Part shown: positions 55,631 through 64,000 of the stretch, piece after piece
Numbering within the stretch: the stretch's first letter is position 1
How the letters are laid out: every line of letters starts with the position of its first letter
Origin: a virus
Length of the DNA: 64,000 nucleotides
Direction: 5' to 3' (one strand)
Virus record (IMG/VR): IMGVR_UViG_3300023181_000029
Coordinates: 1 to 64,000 of that record
Position numbers and translations under genes: made by a program
Notes under the pieces: generated by a model
The model's input: only the letters and a program-made list of their open reading frames with translations
What the model was told of the DNA's origin: nothing
The model's database searches: none

Positions 55631-55934
55631 AACCAATAAAATTATGAAGAAGCAGAAATTAGGCGACATCACCAGAAAAGTAAAAGACGCGTTATTAAAC
55701 CCTAGCGAAATCCTAGTGATTGAAACACTTAGCAACAGGGCTATGACGGCAGCGGAATTATCAGCTATTCTAAAACGTGCACCAGGGTCGATAAGCACTA
55801 CCTGTGTTAGCCTGAAATCTAAAGGCTACCTAACCAGCGAAAGAAATGGCACAGACTATCGCACCAACGTCTATAAAGTAGACCACGAGAAAGTAGCCGC
55901 ATTAACTGAACGCTTGCAAAACGCTGTAGAGTAA
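55614..55934 (+). CDS. Winged-helix (MarR/ArsR-like) regulator (start likely 55643)
   Basis: MTAAELSAIL..SISTTCVSLKSKGYL..DYRTNVY. Confidence 0.75.
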   Translation: MNTNIKTNKIMKKQKLGDITRKVKDALLNPSEILVIETLSNRAMTAAELSAILKRAPGSISTTCVSLKSKGYLTSERNGTDYRTNVYKVDHEKVAALTERLQNAVE

Positions 55935-55964
55935 TTTCAAATAACCGCTTAAAACTAAACGACA

Positions 55965-56357
55965 ATGGACACAATGACATTTATGGATATGGTTCGCCAC
56001 GAAGTTGAGCAACTGAAAATCCACCTAACAGACGAGCAAAAAGGGAAACTGGATAAAGCCACGTTTAAGCCCACTCATTCAGAACATTGCGTATATGGGC
56101 AAATAACAGGGGATTGCTTTTCACATGAGGCTGCCAAATTGGTAGATGCTTGTGCGGTAAGTATTGGTGTTGCCGATTGTCCTCTTGATGTTAAATCGTT
56201 TGATTTGCCACCTAGCGAAAGGGGGTTTTTTGACGGGTACGCGCCTATAGGATTCACCCCACTAGAAAAATACATCTACGGCTCTCCTAAACACAACATC
56301 CTAGAATATCTGAAAGGCGAGGCTGATACACTACAACTTGAAAAAATTACCCCTTGA
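55965..56357 (+). CDS. Hypothetical protein
   Basis: CVYGQITG.C motif. Confidence 0.6.
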   Translation: MDTMTFMDMVRHEVEQLKIHLTDEQKGKLDKATFKPTHSEHCVYGQITGDCFSHEAAKLVDACAVSIGVADCPLDVKSFDLPPSERGFFDGYAPIGFTPLEKYIYGSPKHNILEYLKGEADTLQLEKITP

Positions 56358-56498
56358 CCCCATCGGAGCGCACCTACTGGCAGCTACGACAATAAAGTAC
56401 ACTGCCTTTTTATCCCACTACGCAAGGGAAAGTGATAGTAGGGCGGTACAGTACAAAGAGTATTTAAATAATGCAAACAACAAGCTAAAACCACAGAG

Positions 56499-56885
56499 AT
56501 GAAATACGCAATAATTAGTGAATTATATGAAGAAATTGCACACTTGAAAAGCTTATGCAGTACGGGGCCCTACCCAATGGAGGCGCACGACTTTGACAGT
56601 ATTGAGACGGTATATAAGATGCTTTTAAGCTCACACGAGCCCGATGAAGTGTACGAGGTAAAGCGCATACACAACGCTACCACAATAGAGCCATCACGTA
56701 CTATGATTGCGGCAATGGCTATGCAGGGTATGATAGCTTCATTTGAGCGTAACCTACAGTTAGTGATTTCAAACTCTAAAAGCTCAGGTTGGAAAGTAAT
56801 ATATCCGCCTGAAACAGTTGCTGAGCATTCAGCTAAATACGCTGATGCCCTTTTATTGGAGCTTGCTAAACCTGTGGCGCAATGA
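56499..56885 (+). CDS. Phage protein (AAMAMQG..ADALL type)
   Basis: C-terminal motif common in phage early genes. Confidence 0.65.
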   Translation: MKYAIISELYEEIAHLKSLCSTGPYPMEAHDFDSIETVYKMLLSSHEPDEVYEVKRIHNATTIEPSRTMIAAMAMQGMIASFERNLQLVISNSKSSGWKVIYPPETVAEHSAKYADALLLELAKPVAQ

Positions 56886-57163
56886 TAGACTTCAATAATA
56901 TAACGGTAGAAAAGGCAAATGAATACAACAATCTACTTACTAGGTTACAGCCTCAACTGGAAGATTTCCTGCCGAATTGGGAAGAAGCCGATGCGCTAAC
57001 AATATACTCTGTGTGCCCAGGATACATAGAAGAAATTGTATCCTTTTGGATGGATTGGGATGCGAGAAAGCAAAAAGACTTCTGCCTTGTGATTGGAGTA
57101 TTTGTATGGATTAGAGATAGCGAAGAACTTAAAAACGCTTTGCAAAGGCATTACAAAGCCTAA
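56882..57163 (+). CDS. Hypothetical protein
   Basis: ATGA overlap. Confidence 0.55.
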   Translation: MIDFNNITVEKANEYNNLLTRLQPQLEDFLPNWEEADALTIYSVCPGYIEEIVSFWMDWDARKQKDFCLVIGVFVWIRDSEELKNALQRHYKA

Positions 57164-57214
57164 AGCCATGAAGCCACACCCACTAGATAACGCCGGGCTT
57201 AAAAACTAAATAAA

Positions 57215-57550
57215 ATGATAGGGATAAATCTAAATAAACAAGGTCAATTCTCAATAAAAGGGACAAAGCACTTTAACTCTGTATCAGCAATAGGTAGCTA
57301 CGAAATTATTAACGGTAAGCCGGTAATTCAGAAACTAGAGATTGAAATTGACCGAGATACTATGAATTGCGGGTTAACAATTGAGAGCAACAAGGTTACG
57401 GGCTATTGGGGTAGAAATGAATCATTTGCCATAAAGAATGATAGATGGCTTGTGTATTTCGGACTATATACCGACCCGCCAAATATCAAGGTGGACTTTA
57501 ATCAAAAGGTGGTCAATATTAAACTTCAACCAGTAAAAATTACACAATGA
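57215..57550 (+). CDS. Hypothetical protein
   Basis: A-rich leader. Confidence 0.55.
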   Translation: MIGINLNKQGQFSIKGTKHFNSVSAIGSYEIINGKPVIQKLEIEIDRDTMNCGLTIESNKVTGYWGRNESFAIKNDRWLVYFGLYTDPPNIKVDFNQKVVNIKLQPVKITQ

Positions 57551-57732
57551 AACAGGACAACGAAACGCTAAATACCGGCTTCTACGACGATGTAGTGCCA
57601 AAATGGAGAGAAATGCAAGACTTTATCAACCTATGGGCACCGTTCATGGTAGATAGAGAAACTGGATACATCTGCTTATCCGACTTTTTGATAGGCGAAC
57701 TTGAAAAGAAATACAACTTAAGTAAAAAATAG
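57547..57732 (+). CDS. Hypothetical protein
   Basis: ATGA overlap. Confidence 0.55.
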   Translation: MKQDNETLNTGFYDDVVPKWREMQDFINLWAPFMVDRETGYICLSDFLIGELEKKYNLSKK

Positions 57733-57787
57733 TCCAACTTTAATTTGGCAGTTGCATTTTATTGCCGATATTTGGTGTAGAATATAT

Positions 57788-57877
57788 GACGTATGGAACA
57801 CGTCTTTCTAAAATACTACAGCCCTATTAACTTGACGCAAGTTCCATTTGCCGACTAGTTTCTAGGGCTTCTTTTTT
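57788..57877 (+). promoter_or_regulatory. Structured leader/attenuator before HNH gene
   Basis: AGCCCTA/TAGGGCT stem plus T-tract abutting ATG; alternative ATGGAAC/GTTCCAT pairing. Confidence 0.5.
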
Positions 57878-58384
57878 ATGCCTGAGCAAAATATAATATG
57901 GCGACCAATAGTTGGTTTCAATGGAAAATACTTGGTAAGCAATACAGGTCAAGTAAAATCTACAATCAGGGGCAATATCTTTAAAAACCAAGTTCAACAA
58001 CCTGGATATTGCAGAATAGTTCTGTACTTAGATAAAAAGCCTTACACCTCTCAAGTACACCGCTTGGTCGCACAAGCGTTTATATCAAACCCCGAAAACA
58101 AGAAAGAAGTTAACCATAAAAATGGTTGCAAAACAGACAACAGGGTTGAAAACTTAGAGTGGTGTACTGCAAGCGAGAATCAGAAACATGCATATAAATA
58201 TTTGGGAAGAATCCCTCAAACAGGAGAGAAGTGTGGACACGCTAAATTTACTAACAACCAAGTAGCTTTAATTAGAAAAGAACATGCCCCGGGTAATTTT
58301 TCGATAAAAGACTTGTGTCTTAAATATCCTATATCCTACTGCGGGATGCGTAATATTGTTAATTACACTACATATAGATTTTAA
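57878..58384 (+). CDS. NUMOD4-HNH homing endonuclease
   Basis: WRPIVGFNGKYLVSNTGQVKS; VHRLVA..VNHKNG.KTDNRVENLEW. Confidence 0.92.
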   Translation: MPEQNIIWRPIVGFNGKYLVSNTGQVKSTIRGNIFKNQVQQPGYCRIVLYLDKKPYTSQVHRLVAQAFISNPENKKEVNHKNGCKTDNRVENLEWCTASENQKHAYKYLGRIPQTGEKCGHAKFTNNQVALIRKEHAPGNFSIKDLCLKYPISYCGMRNIVNYTTYRF

Positions 58385-58447
58385 TACAACCACGACCACA
58401 AGAAAGATTGCACCGGGATTTTTATTTTACAAAACTTAAAGAGCATA

Positions 58448-58942
58448 ATGAAATTCAAGATACTAAAAGGAACACCAACGTTTGAGAAACTGCAAGGCTT
58501 GTATCAGTTAATAATAAGCATTAACAAAAAGACAAAAGCCTTGGTTGAACGACTGGGCGCTGAACAATTTTTAAGAAACGACAATTATCTAGCAGGTGCG
58601 CCAATAGGATTCCAGTTTGACAAATGCCCTGACGGCTGGAAAAGCGAAGGTCAAGGTTGCTATTTTCCTAAAGCAAACCTTAAAGCCAACAAACCACTAC
58701 TTGCTGAGATAAAGGCACTCCCGAAATTAGATAAACAAGAACTTTTAACTATACTAGGTTACAAGCCGATGCAACGAGGTAAGGGTAATATTATTTACTT
58801 TTCACCATCTTTCAGGTGGGGTAACGAGTTTTGCTTACTTGAAGTCCAAGAGGATATTAAATTTACCCCTAACGCTGACATGATAGAAATTCTTAGCAGC
58901 GAGTATAAGACATTATCTAACCAAATAGACTTAGAGCCATGA
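58448..58942 (+). CDS. Hypothetical protein
   Basis: Co-oriented ORF. Confidence 0.6.
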   Translation: MKFKILKGTPTFEKLQGLYQLIISINKKTKALVERLGAEQFLRNDNYLAGAPIGFQFDKCPDGWKSEGQGCYFPKANLKANKPLLAEIKALPKLDKQELLTILGYKPMQRGKGNIIYFSPSFRWGNEFCLLEVQEDIKFTPNADMIEILSSEYKTLSNQIDLEP

Positions 58943-59334
58943 ATACCGACACATTACGTAAACTCGCAGCCTACATCGGCGCAAAATGCGAATACACAAA
59001 ACGCGCAATATCTTACAGTGGAGAGTTTGGATTTGATGAATTGTCGCTATTACAGTTTAATCCCCCTTCCGATTTCAAAGTCCACCTGAGAACAATTGAT
59101 AGTATCACAGAAGGCGAATTGGCAGATATTTATGATGAATTTATTGATAAGGTATCCGATTTTACAGCAAAATTCTCATACAGCGCTGAATCGAAAGCAA
59201 GTATTGTTTCTAGCTACTTAAATGGCGGTAGACAGCTTTATTTAGACCAAGCCAATATTTTGCTTAATATTTGCCGTAACCACTTTATCCTAGTAGACGA
59301 CATTCCCCTTGAACTTGTAAAAATTATTAACTAA
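58939..59334 (+). CDS. Hypothetical protein, paralogue of 4110..4517
   Basis: YIGAKCE, LRTIDSITE. Confidence 0.6.
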   Translation: MNTDTLRKLAAYIGAKCEYTKRAISYSGEFGFDELSLLQFNPPSDFKVHLRTIDSITEGELADIYDEFIDKVSDFTAKFSYSAESKASIVSSYLNGGRQLYLDQANILLNICRNHFILVDDIPLELVKIIN

Positions 59335-59678
59335 TGGGAGCGCACAAGAACATCAAACAACTAGCCGAAGAATGGTACGATAACAATTCTGACAGCCTAG
59401 TTATAGAACACACTTACAGCGATATAATCACAACATTCGAAGCAGGTTACAAAGCCGCTTCTGAGGGAATGTATTCGCTTGACCAAGTAATTCAGATGAT
59501 TTCCGATGAACGCGATAGGTGCATGGAGATATGTCAGACCCATATAATAAAACCAAACGACATACGAGCGCTAACAGTTGCAATGGAAATCAATAATAAA
59601 ATAGCAAACCGCACACAAGAAGGTTCGCAGCCATTAACTGATAGGATTCGCCAAGAACTACTAAATGCTGGAATATGA
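59334..59678 (+). CDS. Hypothetical protein
   Basis: FEAGYKAA motif. Confidence 0.6.
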   Translation: MGAHKNIKQLAEEWYDNNSDSLVIEHTYSDIITTFEAGYKAASEGMYSLDQVIQMISDERDRCMEICQTHIIKPNDIRALTVAMEINNKIANRTQEGSQPLTDRIRQELLNAGI

Positions 59679-59854
59679 TAATCACAAAAGGAACAATCAA
59701 CGATAACGCATGGGTAAATAACACATGGTTGGCACCATACTTTAAATACCCTGTAACGCTGCGAAAGTTTATTACTGGCAGGATTGACTTACTTCTTGAT
59801 GGTGAATGGTATGAACGTGTTGATGGTGAGTATTTAACGTCTAATGGTTATTAA
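59675..59854 (+). CDS. Hypothetical protein, 59 aa (not in ORF track)
   Basis: MIITKGTIND...SNGY*. Confidence 0.5.
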   Translation: MIITKGTINDNAWVNNTWLAPYFKYPVTLRKFITGRIDLLLDGEWYERVDGEYLTSNGY

Positions 59855-59886
59855 TATACTATTGAAAAACTTATAACGACCACACC

Positions 59887-60099
59887 ATGAAAACGATACG
59901 CGAACATTTGGAAACTTTGCCGGAGCCATACCGCGCTCAGGCGTTAGAGAATCATGCTGCCTATCCGATGCCTAATGCTCCTGAATCATTTGAAAGCCTT
60001 TTAGAGGCATTTTATTGGGCTTTTGATTGGGATGGCTCAACTGAGAGATTTGATTACTGGTGCGAACTTTCTGACCGCATCGAATCCAACACACTTTAA
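59887..60099 (+). CDS. Hypothetical protein, paralogue of 46568..46807
   Basis: Shared motifs. Confidence 0.7.
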   Translation: MKTIREHLETLPEPYRAQALENHAAYPMPNAPESFESLLEAFYWAFDWDGSTERFDYWCELSDRIESNTL

Positions 60100-60131
60100 C
60101 TACAGTTTTAACCAGTAAAGAGAGAAGTAAT

Positions 60132-60920
60132 ATGCAGTACAGTATTTCCTTTAACCAAAAAGCAGCCGTTGATAGCAAGTTGCCACTGGATGTTATAGAT
60201 TTATCAATCCTTGCTTTCATTAAGGATTTTACGCATACTGGAAACTGTAACCATGTAAATTTTGGCGGTAAATCATATTACTGGATTAGCCATAAGCTAA
60301 TAATCGATAACATGCCGTGTTTAGGTATAACTTCTAAGAGCGGTATCTTTAAAAGAGTTAAAAAACTATGCGAATTAAAGGTACTTACGGCGCATCCAGA
60401 CAATCAAATACTATCATCGTCTTACTATACTTTTGGCGACAATTATTCAGCATTATTTTTCTCAACATCTACCGAACAAAAAAACGACTTGTCACCTACG
60501 CCTGAAAGTATGCACCCTACGCCTGAAAAGCCGAAGGGCTACTCCCGAAAAGGCATAGCCCCTACGCCTGAAAAGGTAGAGTACTATAAATACTACTTAG
60601 ATAATGGGAATAAAGAACAAACTATTAAGGTTCCAAGTGATTTTTTGAAATCTTCTGAGGCAGAAAAAGAACGGTACTTAATTTTCCAAAGGCAGATTGA
60701 AGAAGAATATCAAAAGGTTTATCAGTTAGAACCGATAAGTATTAAAATATTAACCAACTGTTGTGTGATTTACGGCAAAGAAACAGTTATGGATAAAATA
60801 GGGGCTATGGAAAATTGCGCTGATTTGCTGAAAAAATATAGTAGCGCAGGGCTTACTCTTAAAACTTGGCTAAAAAGAGAATTAACGCTGGAACAAAAAC
60901 GGGCACAGAAAAAGGGATGA
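60132..60920 (+). CDS. Replication initiator (wHTH, lambda O-like architecture)
   Basis: N-terminal YYWIS..LGI.SK..KL wHTH; internal iterons; directly upstream of primase-helicase. Confidence 0.7.
   Translation: MQYSISFNQKAAVDSKLPLDVIDLSILAFIKDFTHTGNCNHVNFGGKSYYWISHKLIIDNMPCLGITSKSGIFKRVKKLCELKVLTAHPDNQILSSSYYTFGDNYSALFFSTSTEQKNDLSPTPESMHPTPEKPKGYSRKGIAPTPEKVEYYKYYLDNGNKEQTIKVPSDFLKSSEAEKERYLIFQRQIEEEYQKVYQLEPISIKILTNCCVIYGKETVMDKIGAMENCADLLKKYSSAGLTLKTWLKRELTLEQKRAQKKG
60495..60573 (+). repeat. Four iterons, putative replication origin
   Basis: CCTACGCCTGAAA at 60495, 60516, 60561; variant GCTACTCCCGAAA at 60538. Confidence 0.75.
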
Positions 60921-62677
60921 TACGCAATATTTGGAACGAGATAGATTTCAAGGGGCGCGCAAGTGGACAGCACAAATTTATTTGCCCCAATTGCAGCCAC
61001 ACTCGCAAGGATAAGAAAGACCCTTGCTTGTCAGTGAACCTCAATGAGCAAACATACAATTGTCATAACTGCGGCGCTACCGGCTGCAAACTAAGACCAG
61101 TGAGAGAGAAAAAAGAACCTGTTATTTTACCAAAATTAAACACCTCCGATTTGAGCGATAAAACGTTCAAGTATCTGAACGAGGTTCGTATGATTTCTAA
61201 TACAACAATCAAGCGCAACAGGATTACCGAAGGTCAGTATTTTATGCGAGGTGAGAATATGAATTGCATTTGGTTTAATTACTATGTGGATGGGCAGCAC
61301 ACGAATACTAAATTCAGGAGCGGAAAGAAGCAGTTCGCACAAGTATCTAATGCTGATAAGCACTTTTATAAGGTTGATGATTTAGTAGGGCAAACCGAGG
61401 CGCTGATTTCGGAAGGTGAATTTGACGCCTTGTCATGGGAAGAAGCAGGATTCTTAAATTGCGTATCGGTTCCTGATGGAGCATTGCAGCCTACCCAAAA
61501 TCATAGTGATAAGAAGTTTGAGTATATCGACAATGATATTGATAAGTTTGCCACTATTGAACGGATTTACTTAACTACGGATAATGATGCGCCGGGTATT
61601 GCTTTGCAGAAAGAGTTATCGCGTAGGTTTGGTAGAGAGCGTTGTTATATCATTGATTTAGGTGAATACAAGGACGCTAACGAAGTTTTGCAGAAGCTAG
61701 GCCGCTTTGATGGTTGCGAGTATTTGAAAGCCGCTAAAGAAGCCGCAAAGCCTTACCCACTGGAAGGGGTGCAAACAGTGGATGATTTAGCCGCCTCTGT
61801 GTTTGAGATTTATGTAAATGGCATTGATAATGGCGCAGGTATAGGATTTGGCTCACTGGATGAGCATGTTCGATGGCTAGTTGGGTGGTTTTATTTAATT
61901 ACTGGCGTGCCATCACATGGGAAAAGCTCGTGGTTAGACCAAGTGCTTTGTAAGCTAATGGAAAGGGAATGGAAGTTTGCTATATTTTCTCCCGAACATG
62001 CCCCTGAGTTACACCTACATAGAATGGCTAAAATAATATCTGGTAAAGCGTTTTGGGGCACTGAAAGAATGTCTTCTGACGAGTTAGAGGATATTTTATA
62101 TCAGCTAAATAAGAGGTTGTTTTTTATACGCCCAGACGACGAGGACTTTTCACTAGATAATATCCTAAAACTATCCCGTCAGTTAGTGGCGCGGCATGGT
62201 ATTAAGGGTTTAGTTATCGACCCGTGGAATACACTAGACCACCAGGGAGCAGGAAGGGATAAGGGCGATTATATAAGCAATGCCCTTAGTAAGATTAATG
62301 TATTTAAGCTACGTAATGATTGCTCCGTATTTCTAGTGGCGCATCCGACTAAAATGCAGAAGAATGATGACGGTACATATAAGGTTCCAACCGGTTATAA
62401 CATTAGTGATAGCGCTCACTTCTATAACAAATGCGATATAGGGATTACCGTTTACCGAAACGATAATAATATCGTTGACGTAGAGATGTGGAAGGTAAAA
62501 TTTGAAGGACTAATAGGCAAGAAAGGAACCGTCCAGTTTACATACGATAAGATTAATAATCGTTACACAGAGTATAGTGAGTTCCAGCAAGTTCAAGACA
62601 CTCGATACGAAGTCGAGAACAACCGAAAGATAGCAAGACTCACAGAGGAGCCTAAAATTTCAAACGTACCTTTTTGA
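60917..62677 (+). CDS. DNA primase-helicase (Zn finger, TOPRIM, SF4 helicase)
   Basis: CPNC..CHNC, EGEFDA, DND, KDANE, GVPSHGKS, VIDPWN, LVAHP; ATG 60917 overlaps upstream stop. Confidence 0.93.
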   Translation: MIRNIWNEIDFKGRASGQHKFICPNCSHTRKDKKDPCLSVNLNEQTYNCHNCGATGCKLRPVREKKEPVILPKLNTSDLSDKTFKYLNEVRMISNTTIKRNRITEGQYFMRGENMNCIWFNYYVDGQHTNTKFRSGKKQFAQVSNADKHFYKVDDLVGQTEALISEGEFDALSWEEAGFLNCVSVPDGALQPTQNHSDKKFEYIDNDIDKFATIERIYLTTDNDAPGIALQKELSRRFGRERCYIIDLGEYKDANEVLQKLGRFDGCEYLKAAKEAAKPYPLEGVQTVDDLAASVFEIYVNGIDNGAGIGFGSLDEHVRWLVGWFYLITGVPSHGKSSWLDQVLCKLMEREWKFAIFSPEHAPELHLHRMAKIISGKAFWGTERMSSDELEDILYQLNKRLFFIRPDDEDFSLDNILKLSRQLVARHGIKGLVIDPWNTLDHQGAGRDKGDYISNALSKINVFKLRNDCSVFLVAHPTKMQKNDDGTYKVPTGYNISDSAHFYNKCDIGITVYRNDNNIVDVEMWKVKFEGLIGKKGTVQFTYDKINNRYTEYSEFQQVQDTRYEVENNRKIARLTEEPKISNVPF

Positions 62678-62678
62678 T

Positions 62679-63194
62679 ATGATAAAAGCAATCAACACAT
62701 TTTATAACGGACATTATTTTCGTAGCCGCACAGAAGCTAGGTGGGCTGTATATTTTGACACGTTAGGTGTAAAATGGCTCTATGAAGTAGAGGGGTATGA
62801 ATTAGGCGATGGCGTTAGATATTTGCCTGATTTTTATTTTCCAGACTTTGACTTTTACCTAGAAGTGAAGCGAGAGAATTTTGGTGATTCTGACCTACCA
62901 AGATGGAAGGAGTTTGTTATGCAATCACAGAAGTCGCTAGTGATAATGGAGGGGTTACCGATGGTAGATAAACTAGGCGCGTTATTAGAAATACAATACG
63001 GGCAAGTGCTCCACACAGAAGGTATATTTATATTTGGGCATATAACAGGGAAAGACGTATTCTACGCTGGTAATCTTTATGATTACTCCGAAATTTATCA
63101 AGAAGCTGTTATCGCTGCTAGATGTGCAAGATTTGAATTTTTAGATAATCAACAAACCAAATCACAACATGAGAACAATCAAATTCAGAGGTAA
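62679..63194 (+). CDS. PD-(D/E)XK nuclease
   Basis: FRSRTEARWA, YLPDF, EVK. Confidence 0.8.
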   Translation: MIKAINTFYNGHYFRSRTEARWAVYFDTLGVKWLYEVEGYELGDGVRYLPDFYFPDFDFYLEVKRENFGDSDLPRWKEFVMQSQKSLVIMEGLPMVDKLGALLEIQYGQVLHTEGIFIFGHITGKDVFYAGNLYDYSEIYQEAVIAARCARFEFLDNQQTKSQHENNQIQR

Positions 63195-63567
63195 AAAATT
63201 AGACAACAAAGAATGGGTCTATGGCGACTTAGTTCACGGTCAGGGCTATAAGGAAGGTAAGATGTTTATTTTGCCGCAAACACAATATTACCCACAAGGT
63301 TGCCATAGTCTTGATGGATGGGATGTTGACCCTGATACCGTTGGGCAGTTTAGTGACTTAGTAGACATTAACAGGAAAGAAATTTACGAAGGACATCGCG
63401 TTAATTGCAATAATGTAGTTGTGACCGAAAGTGTATTGGACGCAGAAGTGGTATTTGTTATGGGTGCATTCAGGGATAACTACAATGGATATGTGCTTGC
63501 TGACGCTTACCGTAATATTGAAATCATCGGCGACATTTACTCACAACCCATATCCACAAACCCATGA
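63169..63567 (+). CDS. YopX family protein
   Basis: IKFRGK..WVYGDL..VGQF..EIYEG..EIIGDIY. Confidence 0.9.
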   Translation: MRTIKFRGKKLDNKEWVYGDLVHGQGYKEGKMFILPQTQYYPQGCHSLDGWDVDPDTVGQFSDLVDINRKEIYEGHRVNCNNVVVTESVLDAEVVFVMGAFRDNYNGYVLADAYRNIEIIGDIYSQPISTNP

Positions 63568-63842
63568 TAACCGATATAATAAAAGACCTGAAAGAGAAAC
63601 GGGATAATTGTGAAATATCAGACCGAGAAATGGCCTACGATTACGCCATAACCAAACTTGAAGAACTTATTGCGGCCAATACGGTGGTAACATACGAGGT
63701 AAAAGAAGTGAAGGGACATTATGGAAACCCGCTAGAATACGATACGCTTTCTCATGCTGAGAAAATACAGATAGTAGAAGGGGGTAAAATATTCGAGCGC
63801 ACCACCATATCAATAACCGAAACCCACGATAAAGAGCTATGA
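63564..63842 (+). CDS. Hypothetical protein
   Basis: ATGA overlap. Confidence 0.55.
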   Translation: MITDIIKDLKEKRDNCEISDREMAYDYAITKLEELIAANTVVTYEVKEVKGHYGNPLEYDTLSHAEKIQIVEGGKIFERTTISITETHDKEL

Positions 63843-64000
63843 GACAGACAAAAATAAGGAAAGAAGTAGAGCTATTGTTCGAACTTAATTTTGGCGACTA
63901 TTCATGCTTTAAGTGGAAATATATAGACGAAGATGAAGATTCTTGTACCCTTCAATTTGTCTATGAGGGCTATAGCGAGTATGTATCATTGGAGTTAATG

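Noticed and set aside
56395-56455. Twister-like ribozyme
   Set aside because: A hairpin is possible, but the conserved core and pseudoknots could not be placed
60495-60573. CRISPR mini-array
   Set aside because: 13-bp repeats with 8-10-bp spacers inside a CDS; iteron-like instead
1-64000. tRNA, rRNA, integrase, reverse transcriptase/DGR, introns
   Set aside because: No supporting motifs seen by eye; not excluded outside the window

Overview
This window is part of a tailed Bacteroidota phage genome (standard genetic code; many TAnnTTTG -7 promoter boxes). It has a podovirus-type virion module in the gene order seen in crAss-related phages: two GroES-like genes, terminase, portal, putative scaffold, major capsid protein, three tail ring proteins, a large nozzle protein and three ejection proteins (13.1-40.9 kb). 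No phage RNA polymerase or integrase is recognisable. Upstream lies a six-gene glycosyltransferase operon led by a structural-looking gene (7.4-12.6 kb). Downstream are three fibre/collagen-like or small genes that all carry Sec signal peptides, then a lysis cassette (M15 endolysin, holins). The right part holds small early genes and a replication module (initiator with internal iterons, primase-helicase, nuclease, YopX). The most striking non-coding signal is at 49.6-51 kb: a 28-bp dif-like XerC/D site with GGGNAGGG (KOPS-like) octamers converging on it, plus two 28-bp palindromes on the XerC side. Other notable items are a type II hammerhead ribozyme (52.6 kb), a membrane-anchored orphan terminase nuclease domain (48 kb), a tandem DUF2829/Tad2-like gene, and a 97-bp exact inverted repeat joining the window start to 46.6 kb. 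All product calls come from reading motifs by eye; no database searches were run.
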